A stretch of 63,613 nucleotides of DNA, the filler included, from Reclinomonas americana ATCC 50394 (lineage: Eukaryota), in assembly GCA_048213135.1 (NCBI GenBank). It is 22 parts of 22 records of this genome, joined end to end, with 100 filler letters (N's around TTAATTAATTAA, not from the genome) between each part and the next. Parts side by side here need not be neighbours in the genome. Positions count along the whole stretch, not along the records: positions 45,460 to 50,527 come from AFZH01018576.1; positions 50,628 to 52,348 come from AFZH01018577.1; positions 52,449 to 57,395 come from AFZH01018578.1; positions 57,496 to 59,415 come from AFZH01018579.1; positions 59,516 to 60,631 come from AFZH01018580.1; 17 more parts are not named here. One strand, written 5' to 3'. The notes under the pieces were generated by a model. It ran no database searches. It was given only the letters and a program-made list of their open reading frames with translations, and was not told the DNA's origin. The position numbers were made by a program, and so were the translations under genes. Positions 45,763-59,516 of the stretch are shown here, one piece after another; the stretch's first letter is position 1, and each line of letters opens with the position of its first letter.

Positions 45763-48700
45763 ATCACTCGCAGTCCACAATCCATCGAAACCTCCCTTCC
45801 GCCGAGTATTCAAACGGTGTTTCGCGATCACGGTCTCGCCGTCAGCACCCGCGGTTTCGTGGAGCTGCAGATCCCCCTGCTGAGAAGGGACGAGCCGCAG
45901 ACCATTGTGTTCAAGTTGATGGAAGCCTGGACAACTGGGCGAGCGGATTGGAACCGTTGTCCAGTGCCTGCGTTTCTGGGCACGGCTGGTGTCGGTAAGA
46001 CACTGCAGATGACGTTGGCTGCGACGAAAGTGGAGCAGATGCTGGAAAAGGGTGCGTTGATATCACATTTGCACAGCATGAATCTGCTGCTGTTTATTTA
46101 TGTGCACACACACCCAGCGCATGAGGAATATGCAGAACACTCGAGAGATGCACACAAGAAGAGTTGAAGAATGATGGTGTGTGGATATAGTCACATACCA
46201 GCGTGCTTGATGAAGGAATCCTTCCGGAGATGCACTTGAGAAGAGGTACGTGCACTGCAGATCTAGAAGCGAGTTAAATACTAGCACGTGGTGTTTCTCT
46301 GATCGCACTTCATGTTCATACACGCAGCCAAAGCAACGAAAGAACAGAGAAGAGTGAGAGTGGTGTGCGGAAGCAAATCTTTGCATTCTTAGAACCTACA
46401 GCCAGACTAGATGGTACTTGTAGCCTCAGATGCAGTCGCCATAGTTGTGGACGTCGTGTGTGTGTGTGTTGCTCTGTGCGTGGGCTTATCGTTACCCGTT
46501 GTAGAAAACTTCTACGTCCACCGACTGGGCCTGGCGTACGGCAATGCATTCAATGTTGGCGGAGTTGCAGACTGCGAAATACCCAAGGCGGCGGGCAGTG
46601 AGGGTCAACTGGCCTTCTCGCTCGCTGTTAGAGCGGCCACCGCCTGGCGACTGCTGCTGGCGCACTTCTGCAAGGAGAACACTGCCAGTGTGGGCCTGCT
46701 CGACACCGTTGCCCGTGCATATCCCGAGACGTGGAAGGCGTTGTCTACACAGGTTGCTGTCGAGTGCATCCGTTTGGATCTTGTTGAGGCCAGAAAGCTG
46801 AAACCAGATTTCAGGTGTGCACTGGGCAGACGACTGCCCGTATTTCAGACGCGTCTTAATGGACTCTCGCTTCTTTGCAGATTGGCTGTGCTATGCCTGA
46901 TGGACGACGTTCAAAGGTATCAGTTTTCCATCAGCGAGGCAGAGACCATGGGAGCCTCGATGTCAGACACAGAAGTCAGTTGGTGTGTGTGCGTTTGCGC
47001 TTTCACACATCGGCAAGACCTGACAGGTGCTTTTGTCGTATTTTGGTGGCAGAGCTGCCGACGACAGCGCCTGAAGTATGCGTTGTGTGCAATCGCGGAC
47101 TCTCGTCTGAGCGGCAACCTTGTTGTGCCGATGCTTGCCGGCGTCGTCACCGAAGATGCCAGGATGGTGTCTGAGATTTCAGGCTTCACCGTCCATCGTG
47201 TTCCCGGCATCCCGCTTCTGTCGGTGGATACAGACGAGTTGATGCGTCGGATATTCGAGACGATTGACACAGGTTACGTATGCATGGTGCACTGATCAGT
47301 GAGCAAGTGCACCGCGATATCCACCACGTAGTGGATGCAAGACTGGCAGCCAGAAAGAGCGAACGCGCAATGGTGCGACCGGAGTGAGGCAAAGGCATTG
47401 TCAGTGGAAGAATTAGTCGATAAGACTGACAGACGGGGAGAGAGAGAGAGAGAGAGAGAGAGAGCAAGAGAGTAGACACTGTGCATTACAGTGTCTCGGC
47501 ACGCAAGCTGCTGTGAGCGAGCATCTGCTAAATGTTGAATCCTCACAGGGTCGAGCACAACAGCTGCCGGCATCCCGGCAACGATCCGCGTGGCCTGGCG
47601 GACGAGTCGAGCACTACGGACCATGCTCGACAGTCGTTCTTCCCTGACGCGAGCGCAGATTACCGTGGTGGCAGCTGCCTTGCGTTTCGTCGGTATCATG
47701 GCTCTGTTCTGCGTATGTTGTGCTGATTCCGTGAGCATCCTTTTGCAGAGAGCTTGAAAATTGAGAGCAATGCCGGGATCGCTCGTTTCGTGTGCTGTAC
47801 TTGTCGACTCTTATCGTTGTGTGCTCCGCAAAACTGATAGCTCGCTGCCGACTCAGAAGATGTAACGCTAACAGTCGATGACGCTGAGCTGGAAACGCAT
47901 ACCATGGCGTTATCCACTTCAGAGAAACCTGTCGCCGAGGATGTTCTGCTTGCTGCAATCGACTCCACTACCGTTGAGCCAACGTTCATCGAGCAGGCCG
48001 AGTCGGATGGGTATGCCATTCTCCGTACGGTTTGTGTCTCTAATTCACACAAAAGTATCCGTCTGTGTGTAGTGTGTAACATTCATGACGGTGGCGCAGT
48101 CGAGTGACAAGAAAACCAGGGTGTACGTGCCGTCGGCGTTCATCATGAAGGCCAAGGGCACTGTTGGTCTACTGGCCGCACTGGTCGCCAATTTGAGTCT
48201 TGGATTGGAAGGCAGCAAACTGCAGCCCGCTGCCGTGTTTGAATTGTGGCGCACAGCGTATGTCGCCATGCAATTTCATCGAGGCATGGCAATTGCCGCT
48301 GTGGCGACAGCCCCGATGCAGTTGTTCGACATTTATCGTTTGACGGATGCGAAAGGTCTGCTCTCACTGCCGGTTTCTTGTGCACATGGTACCTTCGTTG
48401 TTTACTCACCGAACTCCATGGCCGCGCACCAGTGTCCACAAGAGCCTCCAGTCGTCACAAGTTGTGGTACAGTGTTGTGGACATGACAAACTGGAGAGAG
48501 TGGAAAGTGCCGGACGCCGATCGCATCCTTGACAATCGCTGGTCGCCTGCTTGGTTGACGAAGGACCGAATCGCCGAGGTGCTGTTGCATACGTGCTCTT
48601 GCCCTCGCCATTCATTTGGTGGACTGACTTTCGAGGCGGCAGGCATTGCCAACCGTGCCGGTGGAGAAAGTCCGTAGATTACATGAGACAATGCCGATTG

Positions 48701-49828
48701 TGCGTCTGACTAGCGAGGGTGCCTTTGGATGCGACATCATGACGGTGGTTGAGACGCTGGACAAGAACGTGATTGTGGTTCTCGAGCAGTGCAAATTGGT
48801 GTACGGCGACAACAGTGATGTTGCTCGCGCGATGCAGAACTTGTGCAAGGTGCGTCATGTCAGCAACAATGTATGTGCGTGTGTGTGTGTGTATGTTGCT
48901 GAAATTGGCGCTGACAGATTGGGCGTTATCTTGAGAAACATTGCTCGGTGTCGTGGCTCGCCATTCTTTCGTCGCCGCACACTATTCCTGACGTGGGTGC
49001 TGATTACTGGCAAACGGTGAGGAAGAGCAAGCGCCCTACGGACGATGAGCTCCTCCGATTCGTCGTCATCGACAAGACGGTGGCGTCGGTGTACTATGGA
49101 CCGACGTTTTGTGAAATGCCTCTGCGGACGAGTTGCGTCTTGTCGGCGAGAGGGGGGAGGTTGAAGATAGAAGGGGGGAAACGGGGGAGAGGTGAGTGGG
49201 CGAGAGGGGGGATGGGCATTGTTTACCAGGTGGAGAGACTTGTCCGTCTCTGTGACGTCGCCCGATGCTATATATACGGTGTGCATGTGCGCCCTTTTGG
49301 GAGAGGGAGCGCGGGTGTGCAAAGGAGAAGGAGAGTAAGCGAGTGAGTGTGTGAGTGCAGTGAGTGAGTGAGTGCAGTGAGTGAGTGAGTGCAGTGAGTG
49401 TGTAGTGTGCGTGCGTGCGTGCGATCCGTTCCAGTTACCTTTATACCCAGATAGTGTGCGACTACAATACCAGTACGCACATCAATGGTTACCTAACTCT
49501 GTGGCCTCCAATAGGTCAATTGCTAATCAACGCGCCACACCCAGCAATCCAGTACAACTTTGACGCATCATCGGCGTTGACTGGTGCCCTTCAGAGCGCT
49601 TTGGGTGACAAGAAGGCGGCGGAATTCAAGAAGGATGTGATTGCGCTGGCCAATGCAATCAGGAGTCGCATGCCGGTGACTGGTTACGTGTCGGCAGAGC
49701 ATCTATGTCGCGAAGTGGGCAACGACGCCTACAGTTGTCGCATTGATGATGAGCTGCGACGAAGCACCGGCGGGAGTGGTGGAGTGAGCGACTTGCGTTC
49801 TCTGTTCGACCTTGTCTTTCGATTCTAG
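45763..49828 (+). CDS. Crinkler/RHS (CR)-type effector: P-loop NTPase, PD-(D/E)xK-like nuclease and HhH-like tail (multi-exon; may start at 44719)
   Basis: Walker A GTAGVGKT (45979-46002); AWRLLL; Walker B LAVLCLMDDVQ; VVPMLAG; IPLLS; AGIPA; nuclease-like GAFGCDI...VVLEQCK (48718-48795); FVVID...YYGPTF; tail INAP...ANAIRSRMPVTGYVSAEHL. Confidence 0.7.
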
Positions 49829-49957
49829 CAGCCGCACAGTGAAGCAGCTTGTCGACCGAGGAAGCTCCGTCTTACCAACGTAGTGCTTCGTTGTTTCATG
49901 GTCGTCCTGCGCAGCCTGCACTTGTCCCTCGTCACTTTATTTTGATCTTTATTTTCA

Positions 49958-52287
49958 ATGCTGTACCTCCGCCACCGCCTGTGGCCACTGCTCACCCTGA
50001 GCAGTCTCGGTGGCATCGTCCTTGGCGCCACTCTCAGCGGCAACACCATCATCATCCCTGCCTCCTCGGAAGAACCTGCAGATGAAAAGCGCACTGCAGC
50101 AGCAACAGGAGGAGAACAGCATGAAAAAGCATCATCTTTGTTGTCAGTGATGAGACCATCGCTGTCGGAGAGTGATTTGCGCGAGGATGCGTTTGGGGCG
50201 TCGCGAGTGTCGTTGTTGATGGGATCACCATCGGCGGCGTCGGCGTCGCGATGGAAGCGGATGCATGCGGATCATCGGTTCTTTGGGGCCACTGTTGTTG
50301 TTGAGTGGGGATAAGAGGGAGGGGAGAGGGAAGGGAGAGATGAGGGAGAAGGGAAGGGAAAGGAAGGGAGGGAGGGAGAGAGCGAGAGAGAGAGGGAGGG
50401 AAGGGAGGGAGGAAGAGAGAGAGAGAGAGAGAGTGAGAGAGAAGAGAGAGGAGAGGAGTGCAGGGGGCACTGGGCAGCCTCTTGCTTGAGCTGACTTGGG
50501 GCGTTAAGCGGCGAGTGAGAGGGAGAGNNNNNNNNNNNNNNNNNNNNNNNNNNNNNNNNNNNNNNNNNNNNTTAATTAATTAANNNNNNNNNNNNNNNNN
50601 NNNNNNNNNNNNNNNNNNNNNNNNNNNCGAGAGAGAGAGAGAGAAAGAGAGACGAGGCATGGGGCACCTGGCAGCTGCTTGCTTGAACTGACTACGGGCA
50701 GTAAACGGCGAGTGAGAGGGAGAGGTGAAAAGAGAGGGAGGGAGAGAGAGAGGAGCAAGGACTGCAAGGGGCACTTGACTGTCGCTTTCTTGCAGGCATT
50801 AAATGGCGAGTGCACGAGAGAGAGTGAGAGAGAGTGAGAGAGAGAGAGAGAGAGAGAGCAAGGGGCACTTGGTAGTCGCTGCTTGCAGGCATTGAACGGC
50901 GAGTGCAGGTGTGAGAGAGAGAAAGTCGCTTCTTCGGAGATGGCCTTTGAGGCATTAGAGGGGGAGAGAGAGAGGGAAAACGCGACAGGAAGGCGTGTTT
51001 GTTGAGGGCTACAGTAGAGGAGTGATTGGCTCTTCGCAGTCGCTTCAGTGGGGAGGCTGTGGAACGGAGAGTCCATGAGAGGGAGAGAGAAAGAGAGCGT
51101 GATAGGTAGAGTCATGCAGTTGCTTCTTTGGAGACGGACTGAGAGGCTGTGTGGAGGAGGGATGGAGAGAACATGAGAAAGAGTAAGAGAGCGTGATAGA
51201 GCTGTACCAGGAGCGCGAGTTGCCTTCGCGGTCGCTCTTTTGGAGACGGACTGAGAGGCTGCTTGAAGGAGGAACGGAGAGTGCATTGAGAAAGGGCGAT
51301 AGAGGAAGGCATGTTTGTGGAGGGATGCAGCAAGAGTGTGATCTTTGGGGACGGACCTTGATGCTGTGGAACGGAGAGTGCATGAGGCTCACTCTCCCCT
51401 CCCTTCTCTCTCATTCCCTCCTTCCCTTCTCCCTCATCGCAGGTCACCTGCGCCGCGAGCCCCATCGGCCGCTCCACTGCACTCCGCCTCGCCGCCGAAG
51501 GAGCCCGAGTGGTTTGTCACTCTTCACCCTCCTCCTCCTCCTCCTCCTCCGCCCCATAACTCCTCTGTGTTCGCAGGTCGTTGCCGACGCACAACTGGAG
51601 CCTCTGGAGCTGCTGGTGCGCGAGTGCGCCATTTTGTCGAGCCACGGCCGCGCACTCCCGGTGGTGGTCGACATGCGCAAGGAAACCGACGTGAAGGTGA
51701 GTGCAGGGGAAAAGGGTTGAGAGTAGAGGGAAGGGAGGGAGGGGTAAGCTGATGGAGGGTAAGTGAATGGGAGATTGGTGGATGTAGGGGAAAGGAGTGA
51801 GAGACAAGCAGATGCCGAGAGAGGGAGGGCAATGGGAGATGAGTGAGCACTGGGGAAGGGAGGGATGAGAAAGTGGATGCAGGGAAAGAGAGCAAAATGT
51901 GAGTAGTTGCAGGGGAAGAGTGACGGGTCAGAGGATACTTTCCCCTGCATCCACTTTGACTCTCGCTCCTTCCCCTTGTGTCAGCTTATCAGTTCACTTC
52001 GTTACACTGTATCCACTCACCCCGTCATCTCTTCCCTCCCTCACCCGTTCCCCACGAGTGAGAGACAATCGAGTACAGGGCAAGGGAGGGAGAGATGAGC
52101 GGGTAATTAGGAAGAGAACAAGACAAGTGGATGCAGGCGAGGCTGCACACCCCTGCTCGACAGTGCTTGATACATCTACTCGCCTTCATCCCTTTTAGTA
52201 TCCCATCACCCCTCCCTTCTCTTCTCTGCATCCACTTTTCCTCCCTCCCTCCTTCTCCATGAGTGAGAGACAATTGAATACAGGGTA

Positions 52288-52322
<35 letters not shown>

Positions 52323-52481
52323 TAGAGACGGACGGAGGAGGAGTAGTGNNNNNNNNNNNNNNNNNNNNNNNNNNNNNNNNNNNNNNNNNNNNTTAATTAA
52401 TTAANNNNNNNNNNNNNNNNNNNNNNNNNNNNNNNNNNNNNNNNNNNNCTACGCCGTACGTACTCTACTACTACTCTACTC

Positions 52482-52534
<53 letters not shown>

Positions 52535-52550
52535 CTCCTACGTACGTACG

Positions 52551-52610
<60 letters not shown>

Positions 52611-53563
52611 AGTGGACAACGGGGCAGGGAGAGTTGGTGGCACGTGGCGTCACCCCTATTCGACAGTTCCTTCCCCTGTATCCACTTTTCTCTCCCTTCT
52701 CACTTATCCAATCGCCCCCGCCCCCCTTGCCCTGTTGGCACTCACCCCGTGCCCCTTTTGTGTAGCGCTCTCTCTCTTCCTTCCCCTCCACCTGTTTCCC
52801 CCTCCATGCAATTATAATAATAGAAACGTCACTGGACATACACAACAGTGAGCATCAATGAGCATCTACCAGTGATCGCCAATTCTCACATGCCGGTCAC
52901 AGGAACTTTTCGCCACCGCCTTGCACGCATTCAAACGAGTCGACGCTGTGTTCATTAATGCAGGTGCGTTTGATTCTTGAAAGGTTGGGGATAAACGAAG
53001 CTGATATGTTGCTGCGCGTAGTGCTTGACACCCCCGTCACCCCCGCCGTCCAGCCAACACTACCCGCCGAAGAACCACAGAGCCCCCTTCCCCCTCCAGT
53101 CGACGACGACAGCACTCTCGGCCTGCACCTCGTCATGCGAGCCGCCGAGCGCATGTTTCAGGAGCAAGGCATCGGTGGCGCCATTGTGAACTGCATTTCC
53201 GTGGGAATAGCAGATCCAGCACATGCGCATGCAGCGCACGCAGCTGTCGCCGACATGACGCGTCAGTCGGCCCGGGAGCTGGCGGCGGCGAATGTGCGCG
53301 TGAATTGCGTGAGCCCAGTGGTGAGAGCGTGCCCATTCATCTCCTGCGTTGCTTCGCATCCCACTCACTCCTTCCTCGGGCACCCCAGGCGAGCATCCAT
53401 GGCGAACCCGCCGATGTTGCGTGTATTCCCCTCTTCCAGCAACCATCTCTCGTCTCACCCCACACTCCACGTGCAGGTGGCCGCCGTCGTAACATTCTTG
53501 CTCAGCGCCGACGCCAGCATGGTCTCCGGAGTCGACATTCCCATCACGGGCGGCGGCGCCTAA
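49958..53563 (+). CDS. Short-chain dehydrogenase/reductase-like protein with N-terminal hydrophobic extension and degenerate catalytic motifs
   Basis: Spliced product: FFGATVV|VTCAASPIGRSTALRLAAEGARV|VVAD...VVVDMRKETDVK|ELFATALHAFKRVDAVFINA|...GGAIVNCISV...MTRQSARELAAANVRVNCVSPV|ASIHGEPAD|VAAVVTFLLSADASMVSGVDIPITGG. Confidence 0.88.
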
Positions 53564-53636
53564 TTGGTTTTCTTTAGATAAACAATTAAAACACACATTC
53601 ATTAGGTCGTGTGTGTGCTCTTTGTGTGTGGATGAC

Positions 53637-55514
53637 TTAAACAGCGCCGCTGTCGGCGTCGGACAGCGGAGGCGGAGACGACGGCTCCTCCACTTGCCCC
53701 GGTAATTCGGAGGAGGAAAGCGGTGAGGTGGGTGCTGCAGCCGGCGATTGCGAGGCCACAAACGATCGTGATGGTGCGTGCCCATCATCACGATTCGCGG
53801 CTCGTGCGAAACGAGCCGATTGTGGAGAGACGGCGGAAGCCGATGGGCCAGCGGGGGGCGACGGCAGCAGTGTGGTCTCCACGGCGGAGGGGGAGAGGGG
53901 GGTGGCCAGGGGTGGGGGGGCTGGTGGGGGAGGGGAAGGGGGAAGGAGAGGGAGAGGCAGTTAAAGAGAGAGAGAGAGAGAGAGAGCACGAAGGGAGGAG
54001 CACAAGTTTTCACAACTGCAGATGCACTCGCAGGGAGGAGAGGAAGAAACAAGTGCATGAAAGAGAGACATAAATCAACAACCACAATGCACTCGAAAGG
54101 AAGAGTACCAGCACGAGTGTGTACAAAGGAGGCACGAAAGTCCACAGCAACCAACGTACTCGCAGTGAGTAGACAGAGGGTTGTTGGCATGAGCATGCAC
54201 TCGAAGGAAGGAAAACATGCCCACGCAGGGAGGAGAGAAATAGAGCATTGGCATGAACAGTGCCTGAATGGAACTCAAAACTCGAAGAACGGAGCAGCTT
54301 TCCAAGGCACAAGAAAGTGCGCGAAACGCGGAACACAGAATACGCAACCACAGATGCACTCGCAGTGAGGAGACAGAAGGGAGCATGCGCTCGAAGGAAG
54401 GAACGCATTCCCTTGCAGAGAGGAGAGAAATAGAGCGTTGGCATGAACAAGTGCCTGAAAGGATCGCGGTTAACAGGAGAATGGCACAAGAATGTGCATG
54501 GAAGGAGGAACAGCAGCTCACAATGCCAAACTGTTGTCACAAGGTGGAGAGAGAGAGGAAGGTTGCTGGAAAAGCACCTGCATGCGCAAATGCAGTCGCA
54601 CGGAGGAGACACGAAGATTAATGACACGAGTACGTGCACGAAACGAGGAACACGAAGTCCATAACTACAAATGTACTCGAATTGAGAAACAATAACCATT
54701 GCACAGAGAGAGAAGACAACAATAGCCACGGAAACAGCAAAACGACAAACAGACAATCGCCAAGTATGCATCCCATACCCAGGTGATACACTAATACACA
54801 CACGCTCTCTCTCTCTCTCTGTCTCACACACACACACGCACAGCGGCCACATTTTTCCCGTCTTCTTCTTCTTCTTCTTCTTCTCTCTCCCTCCCCCTCT
54901 CCCCCCTTTCCCCCTTCCCACACTCACCTGCCTCCCGACCACTCCTCTGCGGCGACAATGGCAACGACGGTAATCTCGGCGCCGGCGACGCCGCGACGGG
55001 TAATGACGCACCCACGCCACGCCCGCTGTCCTCACCCGCGGCATCCGCCGCTGCAGAGGGCGACCCGGAGGCCGACGCCGCCGAGGCAGCAGCCAGAGCC
55101 TTCTGATCTTTCCACCTCGCAATGGCGGCGTCAAAGTGTGTTGGCTGCACCAGTTTCATGTGCACGTAGTTGTCCGGTACCTTGTCGCGGAAAAACTGCA
55201 ATAGCGGGAGGCAGGGAATTGAGTGTGGAAGGGGGATGGAGAGCACAGGAGCCAAGCAGAGACGGACCAATGCACGGCCTGGTTGATCTTCCAGGTCGTC
55301 CTGGATGAATAATCGCACATCGAAGGCTGGGGGAGGGATGGAGTGGAACATTTCTCTGCGGTGGTGAAGGGCAAAGAGCCAGGATCAACGAGGGGACCGG
55401 AACAGCGCAAATGCAAGACGAGAAGAGTAGAGCGCAAGAGCAGAGAACCAAAGCAAGAACGCGATCCGGTGTTGGCCCGAGAGGAAGAGAAAGCAAGAAA
55501 GAGAGAGGGGAGGG

Positions 55515-55551
<37 letters not shown>

Positions 55552-55923
55552 GGAGGAGAGAGAGAGAAGAGAGAGAGAAGAGAGAGAAAGATAGAAAGAG
55601 AGAAAGAGAGACACACACCGAAGCTCTGTTTTCAAAAGCATTCGAGCCACTTGTGATTAGCACGCGCTTGGCGTAATGAGTGGCAGAGGAGAACAAGAAA
55701 GGCAGGCAATAGACAACTGAAGTACTGTTGCAACCAGCACGCAAGAGAGAGAGAGAGAAGAGCAAGCGAAGAGACCGAGAAAGAGAGAAAGATAGAAAGA
55801 GACCGAAGCCCAGTTTCTAATGCAGCCCAACCATTCGCGATCAGCACGCGCTTAGCGTAGTGAGTGGCAGAGGAGAACAAGAAGGGCAGGCAATAGACAA
55901 CTGGAGAGCTGTTGCTATCATCA

Positions 55924-55966
<43 letters not shown>

Positions 55967-57005
55967 AAAGAGAGAGAGACAGAGAGAGAAATACGTATAA
56001 AGAATGGAGAGAGAAAGAGAATCGTAACTGGACGAGAGCGAAGGAGACAAAGAGGACCGTGGAAGAGTAGAACGAGCATCATACACATGCTTCTCTCTCG
56101 TCTCTTTCTTGTGCTGTGCTCTTTGCGACAACATAAACAGCACACAAACACTCTGCGGGAATGAAGGAGAAGGGAGGGATGGGCGATGTACCACCCCCAC
56201 CCCGCTCTCTTTTCCCTCTCCCTCAACTTACCTTGCATGCTGCATGGCCTCCAGCGCCTCACGTTGCCTCTCGCGCTCCCACAAATCGTGCCTGCTGTCG
56301 CGCTCACTCCGCAGAGCCGCCTTGCGGTCCCTCACCGCCAAGCACACGCCACACCACGCTTGCTTGCAGGAGTAGCCGATGCAGAGGCAGCAGCAGCGAC
56401 AGCAGTCGCGCAGCTTGTGCCCAATGACTCTACAGCAGTTCTCTGCGGGTGTGGGAGGAAGGGATGTGGTCAATGAAGGGAAAGGGGGAGAAGAGAGGAG
56501 GCTGAAGGGAGCAGACACAGACAATCAACTCGACTTTCTTCTGCAACCAGCCGTCTGCAACGCAAGGTTCTCTTTCTTCTCCCTGTCCTTCTCTCCTTCT
56601 GCACTTTCCCTCCTTTTCCGTGTTCAATATGTGTGGGTGCGTGTGTGTGGAATGCAGCACAGTCTCCCAACGCCTCTGCTTTTTCTCCTCATGCTCTCTG
56701 CACCAACCAGATTGCAACTATTCGAGCGAAAAGTTGCCACGCAACAAGCACCTCTCGCTCCAGCGTGCTAGTGCCTGCTCAACGAGCAAGCTTTCTCTAT
56801 CCCCATGCTCTCTGCTGTCTGCAACCTAATGTCCGCGGCCGGAATGCCTCACCTCCACTCACTCTGTCTTTCTCGTTCTCATAGTCTCACTACAACCTCT
56901 ACAGTGCTCCCCGGTGCGTCTCTTCCTCCTCGCCTCCTCTGCCTATCTTAGTTTCTCTCTGTGCAGCACGCCCTCTCCCCCCACTCACTCACTGTGTAGC
57001 GTCTG

Positions 57006-57041
<36 letters not shown>

Positions 57042-57353
57042 GTCCCCCGCTTCCTGCAGTCTGCAATCTCTGTAACGTGTCTTGGTGCTTGCTCTCCCTC
57101 CTCGCTATCTCTCACTCTCTGTCTCTCTCCTCCTCACCTCCTCTGTTTATCTTTCGTTTCTCTCCCTTCCTACTGTCTGCAACCTCTGCAGCACTCCTTG
57201 TCTCCTCCTTGCCTCTCTCTCCCAGTCTCTCTTCTCTGTCTGATTGCTCGTCTGCCACCTTTTCTCCCTCTCTCCTTCTCTCTCCCTCCAGCTGTCTGTC
57301 TCTCTTGCTGCATTCTGCAAGCTCTGCAGCTCACCCTGTTGCATCGCCTCCAT

Positions 57354-57395
<42 letters not shown>

Positions 57396-57587
57396 NNNNN
57401 NNNNNNNNNNNNNNNNNNNNNNNNNNNNNNNNNNNNNNNTTAATTAATTAANNNNNNNNNNNNNNNNNNNNNNNNNNNNNNNNNNNNNNNNNNNNTTCTC
57501 TCTCCTCCTCGCTCGTCTCGTCTCTCTTCGTCTCGTCACTTCTTCGTCAACGACTCTCGTCACGCTCTACCCTCGTTCGTCCTCGTC

Positions 57588-57645
<58 letters not shown>

Positions 57646-58125
57646 CAGCTGTCTGTATCTCTGACTGATTTCACATCTTTCTCTTCCTGCATTCCTGCAT
57701 TCTGCAACCTCTGCAGCACTCCCTGTTGCCTCCCATCTCTCTCTTCTCCTCCTCCCTCCCTCTCTCTCTCTCTCTCTCTCTTTCTCGCAATCTGTTGTCC
57801 GCCCTCTCCCTTTCCCTTTCCCTTTCCCTTTCTCCCCTTTTCCCTCTCCACACTCACCTCCATCACAACAACAATCACTGATCATCTCCACCGGAATCAC
57901 CCACAAGAGCGTAAACGCGATCTTGCACACAATCAACAATGGGTAAATGAACACATAGAATGCAGCCAACACAATAATCCTAATCAATCCCTCTGAGAGA
58001 GAGTAAGTGAGTGAGTGAGTGAGAGAGCACTCTCTTCTCAAGTCACGTCCATGCAGCTGCAGCACCTTCCCCAAAGAGACATTCGCACACATCTCCGCAG
58101 AATTCGAGGATCTTGCCTGCGACAT
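53637..58125 (-). CDS. Hypothetical Cys-rich membrane protein with low-complexity C-terminus (multi-exon, tentative joining)
   Basis: Exon-like blocks LIRIIVLAAFYVFIYPLLIVCKIAFTLLWVIPVEMISDCCCD (about 57858-57992), NCCRVIGHKLRDCCRCCCLC... (56228-56440), FFRDKVPDNYVHMKLV... (54928-55196) and a last exon ending at 53637. Confidence 0.5.
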
Positions 58126-58631
58126 GTGTGCAGGCAAATGAATTTCTGTGTTCTTCCTCTGTTTTGTTTGAGGGTTGCAGTGACGCAACGGCACATGACT
58201 GTGTGCACCACAGCACGGGGTGCTGCGATGGGCCCTCAGAGAGAGGGGGAGGGATTGGCGGATTGGAGCGGTTGTGCAGGACGGGTGGACGTTAGCACAC
58301 GTCAACGTTGACATGCCAGAGACGAGAAGTGATATGGTGAGGATTGGTTTTGATCTGCTACTTTGCGGTCCTGTTCGCCATGGGATTATACGCCATGCGA
58401 CATCCTCTGCTCTGCAATTGACCCCCCACACACAAGGAACCTGCTGCTGCCTCAACTGCATCCGACCCTTTCATGACCCTTGCATCCTTGATCCTGCGAG
58501 CTAATCAGCAACTGCGGCACGCCAGTCGACTGCCATGCTGAACACAGGGTTATTTGCCAATTGAATGAGGCTGCTGGTAACCCTAGACATCTGTGTCCTC
58601 ACCCCTGGCAGCCTACAACAACACATACGAT

Positions 58632-59179
58632 TCATGGTGGTCTCGTAGTGGTGGTCGTCGTCGTCGTGGTCGTCGTAGTGGTGGAGGAGGAGGACGACGA
58701 CGGAGGAGCACCAAACGGATGCGGTGGCGCGCTGCCGACCGTCGGCGACATGTGCTCGCGAGCCTGGTGCAGCATTTGCGCCTGCAGGCGCTGCAGTTCC
58801 TCGACCGGCAGCGTCGGCTTCTTCTTCGGTTTGGAGGCCTTGGACTGCGCGAGGACAAGGAGAGAGGATAAGCTCATGTGGAAGATCCGTCAAGCATAAG
58901 ACGATCTCCCACTCAAGCCTGGCACCAACTGCTTCTCACTTTCTCTCGTGCCCGTTCAACTTCGTGACTCAGCAACAGTCTCCCTTGAGCTCTCATCCCT
59001 TCTTCTCACACATCACGCAACATCGCGGCACTCCTTGACCACGTCACGCACAGCGGCATCGTACTGCGTAAACTCGAGTTTATGCAACGCACGGAGAATG
59101 TGGTCGGGGTTGATGGTCTGCATGTTGTCGTCGCGCGTGGATATCTCATTCGCCTCGTCGGTGAGCATGCGGATGAACT
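58632..59179 (-). CDS. DR1: Negative cofactor 2 beta subunit (Dr1/Ncb2), histone fold, 5' partial
   Basis: EFIRMLTDEANEISTRDDNMQTINPDHILRALHKLEFTQYDAAVRDVVKECRD (59022-59179) splices to SKASK...LPVEELQRLQAQMLHQARE (58632-58844), matching the NC2-beta core and its EELxxxQxxL helix. Confidence 0.87.
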
Positions 59180-59516
59180 CTGAGAAACGGGAGAAGGGGG
59201 ACAGGGGGGAAGTCAGAAAAGAACGGTCTGTCAGTCGGTCTCTGATCTCGTCGCTCACAGCGCCCTCTGAATGCACCAAAGCTTGATCTCTCGTGAAACA
59301 GCTGTCTCCCTCCCTCCCTCTCTCTCTCTCTCTCTTCCCCTCTTTCTCTCTCTCCTCTCTCTCATCTCCTCTTCCTCTCTCCCCCTCCCTCCTTTCCCTC
59401 TCTCTCTCCTCTCACNNNNNNNNNNNNNNNNNNNNNNNNNNNNNNNNNNNNNNNNNNNNTTAATTAATTAANNNNNNNNNNNNNNNNNNNNNNNNNNNNN
59501 NNNNNNNNNNNNNNNG

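Noticed and set aside
58926..58928. Possible 3-nt exon (cag|TTG|gtgcc, minus strand) in NC2-beta
   Set aside because: It would split a long intron into two typical ones, but it is frame-neutral, so sequence alone cannot support it.
59180..59303. Upstream NC2-beta exon, or an apparent frameshift
   Set aside because: Several frames give partial similarity and I found no clean GT-AG junction. Left unresolved; could be an error or another microexon.
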